Shown here piece by piece: positions 29,144 through 39,344 of a stretch of 46,138 nucleotides of DNA. The position numbers were made by a program, and so were the translations under genes. Position 1 is the first letter of the stretch; each line of letters starts with the position of its first letter. The stretch comes from Candidatus Poseidoniales archaeon. GTDB taxonomy: Archaea > Thermoplasmatota > Poseidoniia > Poseidoniales > Poseidoniaceae. Below the pieces are notes generated by a model. The model saw only the letters and a list, made by a program, of their open reading frames with translations. It had not been told where the DNA came from and made no database searches. Where the stretch lies: contig QQRW01000038.1 in the NCBI GenBank assembly GCA_003602605.1, positions 7,924 through 54,061 on the forward strand. The letters run 5' to 3'.

Positions 29144-29542
29144 TTGTCGAATGCAACAGAGAAAGTCCGGCAAATTTCAGCCATCGGCTTTGGCGTAGCC
29201 TTCGTATGGATTGGGATTCAACACTTCACCAATGTAGGTTTCTTTGTACCGATCGTTCCAGAAATCCTTGGCGCACCTGAGTTTTGGGTCTATGTTAGTG
29301 GAGCAGCGGAAATACTTCTCGGAATGAGCATGATCCATCCTCGAACAAGACCACGAGGGGGGATAGCAACTGCTGCATTCTTGGTTGTCGTCTATTGGGC
29401 AAACCTGAACATGTGGGTGAACGACATTCCAATCGATGGTACTACGTTTTCAACACCTGCCCATATTGCACGCGCCACGGCTCAAATCGGAATGATTGGG
29501 CTTGCGCTCTGGATTTCAGAGTGGAAGATAAAGAAAGAGTGA
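29144..29542 (+). CDS. DoxX-like membrane protein
   Basis: GIQHF, VYVSGAAEILLG, WANLNM, HIAR; four hydrophobic segments. Confidence 0.8.
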   Translation: MSNATEKVRQISAIGFGVAFVWIGIQHFTNVGFFVPIVPEILGAPEFWVYVSGAAEILLGMSMIHPRTRPRGGIATAAFLVVVYWANLNMWVNDIPIDGTTFSTPAHIARATAQIGMIGLALWISEWKIKKE

Positions 29543-29553
29543 ATGGCTTCTAA

Positions 29554-29569
29554 TCCCTCCGAAGAGGGA
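29554..29569 (-). terminator. cUUCGg tetraloop hairpin between convergent doxX-like and MC1 genes
   Basis: Minus strand TCCCTC-TTCG-GAGGGA. Confidence 0.4.
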
Positions 29570-29643
29570 AAAGAAGCGGCGACCCTTGCGGGAACAAACT
29601 TGCATCAGCAAGTTTGGAAAACATACAGAAGTTAAATCAGAAC

Positions 29644-29907
29644 TCAAAGGTGTTCGATTCCGGACTTCTTGACGTTGGCCTTCTTGATCTTGTCAGGAAG
29701 CCAAGCTGGTCCATTAGCTGGCTTGTCAACCATGCTAATACTGCCGGTGAAGACGTGGACACGCTTGGTGCCACGCTCACGTAGGCGTATGTTCGTGTGT
29801 CCGCGGGTTGCAGCTTTGAGGGCTGCACCGCGTGGTTGTTTGCTAGCAAAAACCTGGCTCGTATCTTTTCCGTTCTCCATGAGAACAAAGTATTTTTTAT
29901 CAGACAT
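29644..29907 (-). CDS. mc1: Non-histone chromosomal protein MC1
   Basis: FASKQPRGAALKAATRG, IRLRERGTKRVHVFTG, PAWLPDKI; GGAGG SD. Confidence 0.95.
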   Translation of the reverse strand: MSDKKYFVLMENGKDTSQVFASKQPRGAALKAATRGHTNIRLRERGTKRVHVFTGSISMVDKPANGPAWLPDKIKKANVKKSGIEHL

Positions 29908-29942
29908 TTGGATTTCCTCCGGTATTGGACAGTCAAGTAGAG

Positions 29943-29997
29943 TATATAGTATTTATCCCGTTAAAACGGTATACTGCGCCATATAAGTAACGCAGTA
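29943..29997 (-). promoter_or_regulatory. MC1 upstream region: TATA-like elements and two inverted repeats
   Basis: Minus ATAAATACTATATA at 29943-29956; CCGTT-AA-AACGG at 29958-29969; TACTGCG-N12-CGCAGTA at 29972-29997. Confidence 0.45.
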
Positions 29998-30082
29998 CCC
30001 CATTCCGGAACGATTTTTCGCGCCATGGAGCCTCAGTACAGCGGTTGGGGAAGCCGTAAAATGAAGTTGGGAGATTCGAAGA

Positions 30083-30316
30083 TTACAACTCAGCCCCGGC
30101 TAGAGTTTTGGTATCGATAATACCTGGGATTTGACGTATAGATTCAACAACAGATTGAGCAATGACTGCAAGACTCTCAGCAACGAGTTTGACGATAAGG
30201 TCATGATCTCCAAACAAGAGCGTGGCATCATCAACATTCGGCATATCTTTCACCGCCAAGTAAACTTCGTGCTCTTTACCAGGTGCGACGTTAATCAGGA
30301 CATATCCTACTGCCAT
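30083..30316 (-). CDS. Stand-alone Lrp/AsnC ligand-binding (RAM) domain protein
   Basis: MAVGYVLINVAPGKEHEV, LFGDHDLIVK, IRQIPGIIDTKT; 77 aa, no HTH. Confidence 0.9.
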   Translation of the reverse strand: MAVGYVLINVAPGKEHEVYLAVKDMPNVDDATLLFGDHDLIVKLVAESLAVIAQSVVESIRQIPGIIDTKTLAGAEL

Positions 30317-30364
30317 TGCAATCGTGCCTACCAGATGCTCAAAGCACATCAACTCTTCTCCGTA

Positions 30365-33300
30365 TCATTGCTGTAAGTCAAGAAGGTCCAGTTGTTCATC
30401 AGTGAATTGCATCCATTGGAGCAGCGTCCAGCCACTCGGCATTTCACCCTCAAGCCAAACTCGGTATTGTTCGTGGCTCCAACCTGCAGGCAATTGAAGA
30501 GTTGGAGAACCGTCGGATTGTTGATCTTGAGACACCTGTGTTTGTTCCTCGGTTTCAACTTGCCACAAGGGCGTAACTTCTCCTTTCATCTTTCGTCGCC
30601 GTAGAGCGGTGATAGCTAGGACGGCCAGCGCAGCTGCCCCTCCGAACAACAACGGCGTAGACAACGAACTTACAGCTTCTGATTCGTTGGCAGCCACGGT
30701 TTGATTACAATCGAAGCAAGGTGGTTCAGGTTGGAGCGTTATGCTAAATTCAGAAGTATTCGATTGTGCCCATGAATCGGTGCATGTTGCAGATACGAGC
30801 AGCGTAGCATTACTGAGTGCTCCAGTGGTTGGATACTGGAATTGAATTGATGCAGAAGTAGGAGACTGGGGGACCAAAGAAACCTGCAATTCTGCGAGTA
30901 TAGTATTGTTTTGAGATATCTGGGCTGTGCATTCAATATCATCCGTACCATCTTGGTCAACAACTGTACCCGTAATGGAGAGGAGTTCCCCAGCAGATTT
31001 GTTTGCCAAAACCTCGACCGTCGTTTGTGGCATTGCATGATAAAACGGTACTTCAAGATTGAAGGAACGAACGAGGCCGTCGATGTCACGCGCTGTGAAC
31101 AGGACCTGTCCTTCGCCATCAATGAATGTCCCATCAAGCCGTAAACGGAATTTGTAAAGAGTGTCGGATTCTTGGAAATCGGGGAACGAAGCACAGGATG
31201 AGATTGAGGTACTGTTCGGAGAGACAGATCCGAGAGTGGGTGCATCAACCGACCATCCAAGTTGGGATAATGTCGCTTGCATTCTGTCGATTGGGCGTTC
31301 CGACTGCAAGTGAACCAGCATGTAGCCGGTCTGTCCAAATCGTAATGAATCGATGGTTCCTGACTCGTCGCATAGATGTGCAGCGACAACGATTGGTGTT
31401 GTCAGAAGCAACGGCAAATCAAACTGTTGGGTGAACGTAGAACCATGCCGACCGGTCATGTCCAGAGTCAAGCTCAGTTCCCCAGATTCCAAAGGCACAG
31501 ACACTGATGGAAGTTCAATCAAAACCGGATTACGAATATCAGAAGCACCAACTGGGATTGTTGTTCGTTCAGCCCCTGGCCAATCGATATGTAAATCCCC
31601 ATTGGCGGATGAAAGCGGATCGTCGGAATCAGTAAACACAATGTGAGCATATTCTGCCCCTCCTCCACGAACACTGTCCAACGCAATGCCGTCCTTGTCG
31701 ACGACTTCAACGACCGCCGAAGGGGCTCTGTCTCCGACTGAGATGACTCGCGAGTTCAACAGTAAACCGGACGAATCACGTACTTCAAAAGTCACATCAT
31801 CGAGCGCAGTGTTGACTTCTCGCTGGTATTCACCCACATAGCAATGGTGGGTGTTATCGGCTTGTTGCTCGTAACTCATGTTGCCAAGAATACCAGCAGA
31901 CACTCGAAGTGTCGGTTGCTGAGTGGTTCGATTAAAGTCTGCATCAAGTGCACAAACTTTCCAATTCGCCGTTTCTCCGCGATACATTTGACCCAACGGC
32001 TGATAGGGGAGTTGATTGATTCCCGACCAAGTAGGAGAGTCTACACCGCTGATGTGGGGGCCAAACCATTGAGCTTGTGCATCAACAATTATTGCCACCG
32101 ACGCATCGAGCAAAAGCCCTTCCTGCATGCTGATATCATGGGCTGTTGCCCGCAAAACCAAAGTTCCTAGTGCGAGCGATGTTGGAAGAGTGATCGAAGC
32201 CTGCCAACGGAGTGCGTCGATACGCCCAGTTGCTTGAGAAAACCATTCAAGGTTGGAAAGATCAGATGCGTTCGAGGCTACAGACCATTCCAAGTCAACA
32301 GAAGTAACATTGACATCATCGGATGCTTCAATGGTACAGATGAAGTTATCACCACGCGCATATACTTGTGAATCACAATAGATGCTCTCGACGACTGGAG
32401 GGGCGTTTACCCATATTCGAAGAGTGGCAAGATTGTTGCTCACATTCCGTTCATAGGAACCGCTGCTGGCATTTGAGTAGCGTATTCGCAAATCCATCCA
32501 CCCCGTCTTTTCAGGTACCACAGTCAAGTTGTAAAGAATCCTTGACCCGCTCAAATCTCCTGCCGGAAGCGATATGTTTCCGTTGTAGAGTTCGATATTT
32601 CCTTGGATGTCTTGTACCAAAAGCGAACCATTGGAAGCGGACATGCCTCGATTCTCAAGAGCAAGTTGAATTTGAGAGGGTTGCATGTATGAGAAGTTCC
32701 CGATTTGTCGAACACCAAAGATGTTGATGTCATGATGGAGGTCTGCATAGGGTGCCATCTTTGGATCACCTACAGTAACCCCCATCCAACTTGTCTGTAA
32801 GTTCGCAGCAGCATGGGCTTCTGCCAAGTTAAACCCTTGAGCATACATGCTTAGAAGTATACTTGGGGAGCCGACAGCGGTTAAGTATGGCTCGTAGACA
32901 TAACCCTTCACACCAGAGACTCCATCCTCCAGCAGATCTGCGACGAGTGACTGCCCGTATGCAGTATTGGGGTTGAAGGAGCGACCTCCAGTCGAAACTG
33001 CCGTTTCAGCAATCGAACCGTTAACCCAAGAATTATGAGGAAGAATTGGATGCAAATTCATCGTATCAAGATAGACGGAACCGTCGGTCGATGTTGCTAC
33101 AATGTCAAGTGGGACTCGAACCCGCAGCGAGACTGTGTCGACAGGCGGGCGGAATCGCATGGTTTGCGATTCCCATGTTGGAGCAAAAATCTTGGATTGA
33201 GACTGATTACTGGCGAGAAGTGTTCCGTTTGCATCGAACGAATCAACCTCGATTGTGAAGTCTCCATAGACATCACCAGTACGTTGCCCATAGACCGAGA

Positions 33301-35617
33301 TGAGCCAGGCGTGATCCTTCAAATCATCCGGCAGCACGAATGTTTGTTCTATCGATGCAACAGATTGGCCGGTTCCTGAATACGCAGAACAGTCGCGATA
33401 AATATCGCGATGGAGCGTAGTGATTTCGTCATCTCTCAACGCCACATCCCATACCATGACGTTGTCGATCATACCTTCAAAGAAAGACGAGCCTGCTCGG
33501 TTAACACCGAGTTTGTACAGGTCTATATTGTTCAGAGCGCCTGAAGGATATGTGGTTGTACGTACCAACACGCCATCGAGGTATTGTTTAGCCGTAGCGC
33601 CCTCAAAAACAGTGACAATGTGGGTCCACTCTTGTGCTTGAACAGCACCAAAAGCTTGCGTTTGATTCGTATGCAGTTTCCATTCACCGCCTACAATGGC
33701 GTGTTGGAACGAACTGTTCGAGCCTGCAGCATTATCTACGGCAAAAACAGATGCATAGGTCGGCAGGGACGAAGTATTGGCCCAAACCCACTGACTGACG
33801 GTGAAATTTCCAACCCAGTCATCGACATCGACATCAATGTAATCGTCGATACCGTCGTACCATAGACAGGAGCCATCGACGCACGTTTTCCAGTTACTGG
33901 AGTCCATGTTTTTGAGAGTGAAAGGGGTACTGGAGTTCACCGAATCTTGAGCGAGGCTACCACTGCCGTCTTCAAAATCCCAATGATGGATGAGATTGGC
34001 TTCTGAAGGAATGTATGAATCTGAAAGTGAGAAGGCAGAGGATGGGATAAGTGATTTGCTTTGATTCGGGCCTTCCCATGAGAGTTGCAATCCGTGCGGC
34101 CCGCCGCCTTGGAAGAACTCAACCCTGAAGTCATGCTTTCCTGCATCAAGTTGGATGTACTGAGACATTTCCCTCATACCGTGTGAACCGTAATTGGTAA
34201 CCAAACTTTGTCCATCCAACCAAAGTTCCGAACCATCATCGGATGTCAAAAAGAAGGTCCAGTTTCCTGTTTCCGGCACATCGAGAAGACCACTAAACCT
34301 GGCGCCCCAGTCGTTTTTAAACCGATTATCGAGGCCTGTATAAGCCTGCGATGAAGAGGAATATTGCAACGATGACTCGAGCCGTACATGGTCAGGTACA
34401 CGGTCGATAAGCGTCGGCATAGAGGAAGTGCTGAAACTGACACCGTTGTTGTCGAACAATTCAGCGAGTATGCCTTGCGTACCGTTCCCAGATTCTTGAG
34501 TGCAAACGGCAGAGATTGATGCTTCCAAGGCATTGTTACCGTCTCTTTTGACATCCGATTGCGTGCTCCACTCAAAGGTATCACCTGATGAAAGCGTCGG
34601 AACGGTTGCATTCCAATAACGCGCTCCGCTGGAATACATCGCATCCGCAGTGTTGAACCCAGAATTTGGCAACTTGTTTTCATTCCAATTACCGTCGTTA
34701 GAGCCCCACGAAGCATAACCCATCACATTGGAAACATTTGTCAAAAACAGAGATGTGTCATCAAAAACTGTGTCCAAGCCCATGCTTCCGTTCAATAACC
34801 CATCTGCAGCATAGAGGTCATCGTTCCAGAACTTGTAACCTGAACCGTTGCGATTGGTTGCCAAGTCAAGTGCAAATACACCTCGTTCCCCAAGGCTGTT
34901 GTTTGCTTTTTCAATCAGGCCTAATGCTGTTTCAACGGTATATCCCGTGAGCCGGGTCATCAAGAAAAAACCGTATTGTTCACGCGAAAACGCCTCCACC
35001 GGACTTCCTGCCAGTGGACCATACCCGTGTTCGACCCAGTAATCTGAGCCAATGCTGGAGGATAGACTTCCACCTAACAATGAAAATTCTTGATCGAAGC
35101 TTGCTTTGTTGTTCCCGCCGCTGATTCGTAAAGGTGTACCTTTGGTGGAAACAAGGTAGTTTAGTTCGGTTTCCGAAGAACGATTCGCAAGCATTTCCAA
35201 AAAAGGTGCAGCAAAATACTGGTCAAACTGGTCTCTGTTGATGGTTTCTTTCGTTGGTGCACTCGAATTATTGAAAATGAATATGTTCTCTTCGGGAATA
35301 TTGCGAGCATGAATAAAAGCCCAGCCTATCGTTCGACTAGCTTCTGAGTTGTTGTTGATGAGAACGCCCACATCAGAGTAATCATAGACGGTGAGAAAGT
35401 CAAATCCTTCTGGCTGGGCAATGTCGTTCCAGGGAGTTTGGTTCCAAACATCGTCATTTGAGTCACTAAAAAAGCCAGTAAATGCATCATTGAGTGACCG
35501 AGATGGGTTAGAATCAACCGCTGAATCACCACCTGTGGAATGCGCCAGTATAGGCGAAGAAACGCCGCCAATCATGAACAGAAAAGTCATCAGAAGACTC
35601 GAAAACCTCCTGTCCAT
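30365..35617 (-). CDS. TIGR03790-like surface protein with inserted CBM-like, PA14 and LamG domains; C-terminal TM anchor
   Basis: VGVLINNNSEAS..ARNIP, KGTPLRI, MTRLTG, GYASWGSND, GSIAETAVSTGGRSF, GQSLVADL, GYVYEPYL, VGDP. PA14: WTFFLTSDDGSELWLDG. LamG: WTHIVTVF, FEGMIDNVMVWDVAL. Confidence 0.88.
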   Translation of the reverse strand: MDRRFSSLLMTFLFMIGGVSSPILAHSTGGDSAVDSNPSRSLNDAFTGFFSDSNDDVWNQTPWNDIAQPEGFDFLTVYDYSDVGVLINNNSEASRTIGWAFIHARNIPEENIFIFNNSSAPTKETINRDQFDQYFAAPFLEMLANRSSETELNYLVSTKGTPLRISGGNNKASFDQEFSLLGGSLSSSIGSDYWVEHGYGPLAGSPVEAFSREQYGFFLMTRLTGYTVETALGLIEKANNSLGERGVFALDLATNRNGSGYKFWNDDLYAADGLLNGSMGLDTVFDDTSLFLTNVSNVMGYASWGSNDGNWNENKLPNSGFNTADAMYSSGARYWNATVPTLSSGDTFEWSTQSDVKRDGNNALEASISAVCTQESGNGTQGILAELFDNNGVSFSTSSMPTLIDRVPDHVRLESSLQYSSSSQAYTGLDNRFKNDWGARFSGLLDVPETGNWTFFLTSDDGSELWLDGQSLVTNYGSHGMREMSQYIQLDAGKHDFRVEFFQGGGPHGLQLSWEGPNQSKSLIPSSAFSLSDSYIPSEANLIHHWDFEDGSGSLAQDSVNSSTPFTLKNMDSSNWKTCVDGSCLWYDGIDDYIDVDVDDWVGNFTVSQWVWANTSSLPTYASVFAVDNAAGSNSSFQHAIVGGEWKLHTNQTQAFGAVQAQEWTHIVTVFEGATAKQYLDGVLVRTTTYPSGALNNIDLYKLGVNRAGSSFFEGMIDNVMVWDVALRDDEITTLHRDIYRDCSAYSGTGQSVASIEQTFVLPDDLKDHAWLISVYGQRTGDVYGDFTIEVDSFDANGTLLASNQSQSKIFAPTWESQTMRFRPPVDTVSLRVRVPLDIVATSTDGSVYLDTMNLHPILPHNSWVNGSIAETAVSTGGRSFNPNTAYGQSLVADLLEDGVSGVKGYVYEPYLTAVGSPSILLSMYAQGFNLAEAHAAANLQTSWMGVTVGDPKMAPYADLHHDINIFGVRQIGNFSYMQPSQIQLALENRGMSASNGSLLVQDIQGNIELYNGNISLPAGDLSGSRILYNLTVVPEKTGWMDLRIRYSNASSGSYERNVSNNLATLRIWVNAPPVVESIYCDSQVYARGDNFICTIEASDDVNVTSVDLEWSVASNASDLSNLEWFSQATGRIDALRWQASITLPTSLALGTLVLRATAHDISMQEGLLLDASVAIIVDAQAQWFGPHISGVDSPTWSGINQLPYQPLGQMYRGETANWKVCALDADFNRTTQQPTLRVSAGILGNMSYEQQADNTHHCYVGEYQREVNTALDDVTFEVRDSSGLLLNSRVISVGDRAPSAVVEVVDKDGIALDSVRGGGAEYAHIVFTDSDDPLSSANGDLHIDWPGAERTTIPVGASDIRNPVLIELPSVSVPLESGELSLTLDMTGRHGSTFTQQFDLPLLLTTPIVVAAHLCDESGTIDSLRFGQTGYMLVHLQSERPIDRMQATLSQLGWSVDAPTLGSVSPNSTSISSCASFPDFQESDTLYKFRLRLDGTFIDGEGQVLFTARDIDGLVRSFNLEVPFYHAMPQTTVEVLANKSAGELLSITGTVVDQDGTDDIECTAQISQNNTILAELQVSLVPQSPTSASIQFQYPTTGALSNATLLVSATCTDSWAQSNTSEFSITLQPEPPCFDCNQTVAANESEAVSSLSTPLLFGGAAALAVLAITALRRRKMKGEVTPLWQVETEEQTQVSQDQQSDGSPTLQLPAGWSHEQYRVWLEGEMPSGWTLLQWMQFTDEQLDLLDLQQ

Positions 35618-35775
35618 GCCACGGTGTACGAGTAATAGCGTTTAGAAATGCCGCCATTAAGTCACTGCGTCAAAGAAAAATGTTGAGATTCGGCAATCGT
35701 AAAAATCTCAAAATCAAAGGTTTTCATGAGAAAACTGCGAACTTGATAAGTAAGGTGGCCTCTCTTGCTTGGATG

Positions 35776-36402
35776 ATGGCAGAACTCTACATGGCTCGGA
35801 CATGCAAATGGGGAATTCTTCGCGTTGTTGGTGGAGATGTATGGAACCACAGCGGTGATGTATTGATTACACCTGCGAACAACAGACTCTCTGGCAGAGA
35901 GGGACTTGATGCCCAAATCCACGCAAAAGCAGGCGAAGAACTCACGCAAGTAACACGCAATATTTGCTTGGAAATGCGTAAAATAAACGCTCCACCGTGC
36001 GCTGTAACTCAAAACGTTGTTACCGAACCTTACGCGCTCTCATCCAACTACAAGCACATCATACATGTCGTCGGGCCGGACTGCCGAAGACCAAACCAAG
36101 ACGAAGCACGGCGAACTCTTCTCCCAGAAACCTACGAAAACCTGTTTGCCACACTCGCCGAAATGGATGACGTAAACACAATTGTCGCACCTCCTCTTTC
36201 CATGGGTATCTTCGCATATCCACACCGAGAAGGTGCACGACTGACTTTGGAAATCCTTCTTGGCGTCCTTGACGGTGAAGAAGATCCCGGGATTTCAGAG
36301 TATACCATCGTCGTAAAAGAAAGAAATTTCATCAGCAACATGCGAACTGTCTACAGAGAAACAGAAGACCAACTCCCTGGTTACGATACGACATCTGCTT
36401 GA
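35776..36402 (+). CDS. Macrodomain (ADP-ribose binding/hydrolase) protein
   Basis: GDV, ITPANNRL, GLDAQIHAKAG, IIHVVGP, PPLSMGIFAYP. Confidence 0.9.
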   Translation: MAELYMARTCKWGILRVVGGDVWNHSGDVLITPANNRLSGREGLDAQIHAKAGEELTQVTRNICLEMRKINAPPCAVTQNVVTEPYALSSNYKHIIHVVGPDCRRPNQDEARRTLLPETYENLFATLAEMDDVNTIVAPPLSMGIFAYPHREGARLTLEILLGVLDGEEDPGISEYTIVVKERNFISNMRTVYRETEDQLPGYDTTSA

Positions 36403-36412
36403 GGTGAAGGCA

Positions 36413-37261
36413 ATGGTCGACCTCGCAGCGATGGTCACCAGCACGCTCAGCAGCGAACGCCGCTCATTCCAGTCGGTTCTTATGCTCGCAAACAGTGTTC
36501 GAAAGGTGAAATTGGTTGCTGAAGTCCTGCCGAAAGAACTTGATTTGAAGGTACTTTCTAGCCAAAACCGTGTTGTTGAAGCCCTCCACGAAGCTGGTAT
36601 CGAAAGTTCACTGCTTGAAGAGAGTTTGAGTTCACAAGGCCTCGGCGTTCTCAATCACATGCACGATTTAGTTCTTCAAGCGATTGGAGAAGGCAACCTC
36701 GCCAGCGGAGAGCGTTTGCTGGTGGTCTTAGCAGAACCTCTTGACGGTGTCATAGTCGTCGATACCTCGAACCTCAACGCAAACAGATTCGCAACCATAG
36801 CCCAAGATTACAGCATTGACTTGGAGGTCCTCACCAAAATGATGCATTTAGCTCGTCATATCGGCTCAAGGGGGCGTGAAGGCCATGCAATTGGCGCCTT
36901 GTTCGCCCTTGGACCGTTACCGGCTCTACGAAAACACACAACTGCGCTGGTTCTCAATCCGTTCAAAGGCCATCCCCCTGAAAAAAGAAGTATTATCGAT
37001 GAATCAAATCACGAGACCCTTGCAGAATTCGCATGGCTCGATGGAGCCATCCTGTTCAACCGCGAAGGGATTGCAAGTGACGCTGGTCGTTACATTCAGG
37101 TTCCAGCAGGCATTACGCCGAAGCCTGGAGAAGGCGGGCGCCATTTAGCCGCACGAGCGATATCACAGTTGGTTGAAGGAATCGCAGTGTGTGTCTCATC
37201 CTCTGGTTCAATCACGATGTATGCAAACGGCCGAAACCGGTACCGGGTCAAGTTGAATTGA
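36413..37261 (+). CDS. dacZ: Diadenylate cyclase (DisA_N/DAC domain), DacZ-like
   Basis: GREGHAIGALF, LNPFKGH, EFAWLDGAI, GGRHLAARAIS, VSSSG. GAGGTGA SD overlaps the macro stop. Confidence 0.87.
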   Translation: MVDLAAMVTSTLSSERRSFQSVLMLANSVRKVKLVAEVLPKELDLKVLSSQNRVVEALHEAGIESSLLEESLSSQGLGVLNHMHDLVLQAIGEGNLASGERLLVVLAEPLDGVIVVDTSNLNANRFATIAQDYSIDLEVLTKMMHLARHIGSRGREGHAIGALFALGPLPALRKHTTALVLNPFKGHPPEKRSIIDESNHETLAEFAWLDGAILFNREGIASDAGRYIQVPAGITPKPGEGGRHLAARAISQLVEGIAVCVSSSGSITMYANGRNRYRVKLN

Positions 37262-37804
37262 TTACTCGGATTCATCGGTACGAACACGGGAATTAAGGTT
37301 ACGTTCAACTGAGCCTAAACTGGCACTGGTCGCTAAGAAATCCATCCGTACAGCATCGAGATTAGAGTGGTTAAGGTTGCGCTCGATACTCATCTTTGTC
37401 CGATTTATTGAAGCAATTCGTTGAGTTCTATCTTTCGGCCGTAGTACATCTCCTCGCTGGCTCATGAGCCATTCTTCCAAAAGCGCTTGACCCCATTCTG
37501 GTGCTCGCAAACGAGCTGCCAAGTGAATTTCCAATTGGCGATGACGGAAACGAACTCGCCCATCTGCAGTCCGAAACGCTTGTATTGAGCCTGGATTCCA
37601 ACGATCAAGCGGAATCTGTAGGTGCTCCTTACATTCAAGCGAACCGTCGCTATTTACGTCAAAATCTGCAATCAAGACACTCCGGTTGAGTCGCATGAAA
37701 ACCTGGGCCATATCCTCATCCGCATGCCATTCAGAAATTGCTTGTGGCAGTTGCCCCCACTCGTGTTCACACCATCTTTCAAGTGCAGGCCTGTACGACT
37801 CCAT
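37262..37804 (-). CDS. Hypothetical protein
   Basis: ORF fills the gap between dacZ and the S2P gene; Trp-rich globular N-part and helical C-terminus. Start uncertain. Confidence 0.7.
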   Translation of the reverse strand: MESYRPALERWCEHEWGQLPQAISEWHADEDMAQVFMRLNRSVLIADFDVNSDGSLECKEHLQIPLDRWNPGSIQAFRTADGRVRFRHRQLEIHLAARLRAPEWGQALLEEWLMSQRGDVLRPKDRTQRIASINRTKMSIERNLNHSNLDAVRMDFLATSASLGSVERNLNSRVRTDESE

Positions 37805-37886
37805 GTGAAACGCTCTTGGCGAACCATCATCAAGTTTGTTGAGAAAATCTGTCAAGATTCAAGGAGAAGGAGCGTTTGGGTTGTAC

Positions 37887-39344
37887 ATGGATGGTGCATG
37901 GGGTTCAGTCGAAGCAGACTGGAAGGTCGTCGTTGCACTGATTCTCGCATGGTATATCCTGCTCCGCATATGGGAGAAAAACGGAACGCTCGACCGTTGG
38001 GATGCATCACGTGTGTTCGGAGTCGTACTTATGGTTCGTAGCAACCGCGGCTTGAATACGCTCGACAAAATTGCCAAACCCCGCAGATTTTGGAGAATTT
38101 ACGGTGAAGTGGCGCTCTGGGTCTGCCTGTTCTCTATGTTTTTCGTTGCCATTGGCATGCTCTTGGCGTTCATTACATCAGTCCTCAATCCACCTACTGC
38201 TGCGCCTCCGACTGCGAGTGAACTCGTTGCCATTCCGGGGCTTAATCCAATGATTCCATTGGGTTGGGGTGCTATGGCGTTCATCATCGCTCTGGTCATT
38301 CATGAATTCGGCCACGGCCTCTTAGCCCGAGCACACGGCATGAGAATCCGTGCTTTCGGTCTGCTGCAACTCGGCCCGCTGCCTCTCGGTGCCTTTGCGG
38401 AACCTCAGTATCAAGAACTCCACAAAGCCCCCCGAAAGGAGAGGATGCGAATGTTTGCTGCTGGACCAGCAACCAATTTGTTTGCTGCTTTCGTTTGTTT
38501 GATATTGCTGGGCGGTCTTGCTGGAAATCTAACTTCAGCGAACATGAATCCTCATGTTCAGGGTATTGTGAAAGATTCTGGTGCAGATCAAGCTGGTCTG
38601 CAACCATGGGACACCATTCTACGAATTGATGACGTAGAGATAAGCGGTATTGAAGGGTTCCAAACGATTATGGCCGGTTACTCAGCCAACGATACTATTC
38701 TCGTCGATGTACTGCACGAAAACGGAGATGAGGAGACCATTGAGATTCTCCTTACCGATAAATACCAATATTACATCGAACTTGGATGGAATGAAGAAAT
38801 TCTCGAGGCTCAAGACATCCAGGAAGGCGACGCCTTCGTCGGCGTGGTCGGAATAAGTGAGGGAACTCAAGGTATTGACCGCTTAGCAGGGCCACTTGGT
38901 CCACGGTTTGACGGAGGCGTTGGAATGCGTGTCCTTTACACACCGTTCCACATTCTCAACATGATGATTGTACCCTTTGAACTCCAAGGCGTATCCATGC
39001 ACCCAATGGAAGAAGCCATGCTCTCTCCATCGGATAATTTCCTTGGAGATACATTGGGTATTGGCGGATTACTCTTCATGGTCAACTTCTTCTTCTGGCT
39101 GATGTGGGTCAACATTTTGCTTGGCTTCACCAACCTTATCCCCATGGTTCCATTTGATGGAGGACACTTATTCAAAGACTGGTTACGGGGTACGCTCAAT
39201 CGCCTTCAACGGGTTGGAAAGAAAACAAAATTATGGAAAATACACCCTATGTGGGTCGACCATATTTCGAACAAAGCATCAAGCCTTTCGTCGGTTGCCT
39301 TGTTGATGATGTTGCTTTTCGTACTCCTCGTACCGTATTTCTGA
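37887..39344 (+). CDS. Site-2 protease (M50) with PDZ domain
   Basis: HEFGH, LGAFAEP, AGPATN, PDZ (SGADQAGLQPWDTILRID), NLIPMVPFDGG. Confidence 0.95.
   Translation: MDGAWGSVEADWKVVVALILAWYILLRIWEKNGTLDRWDASRVFGVVLMVRSNRGLNTLDKIAKPRRFWRIYGEVALWVCLFSMFFVAIGMLLAFITSVLNPPTAAPPTASELVAIPGLNPMIPLGWGAMAFIIALVIHEFGHGLLARAHGMRIRAFGLLQLGPLPLGAFAEPQYQELHKAPRKERMRMFAAGPATNLFAAFVCLILLGGLAGNLTSANMNPHVQGIVKDSGADQAGLQPWDTILRIDDVEISGIEGFQTIMAGYSANDTILVDVLHENGDEETIEILLTDKYQYYIELGWNEEILEAQDIQEGDAFVGVVGISEGTQGIDRLAGPLGPRFDGGVGMRVLYTPFHILNMMIVPFELQGVSMHPMEEAMLSPSDNFLGDTLGIGGLLFMVNFFFWLMWVNILLGFTNLIPMVPFDGGHLFKDWLRGTLNRLQRVGKKTKLWKIHPMWVDHISNKASSLSSVALLMMLLFVLLVPYF

Noticed and set aside
26454-29173. Long antisense ORFs 26454..27071, 28514..29173 and 25893..26399
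   Set aside because: Opposite well-supported sdh genes, with no motifs; typical of codon-bias antisense frames.
35776-37804. Macro + DAC + hypothetical as an anti-phage (Thoeris/CBASS-like) system
   Set aside because: No TIR, SIR2, CD-NTase or effector domain is present, the third gene is convergent, and the context is housekeeping.
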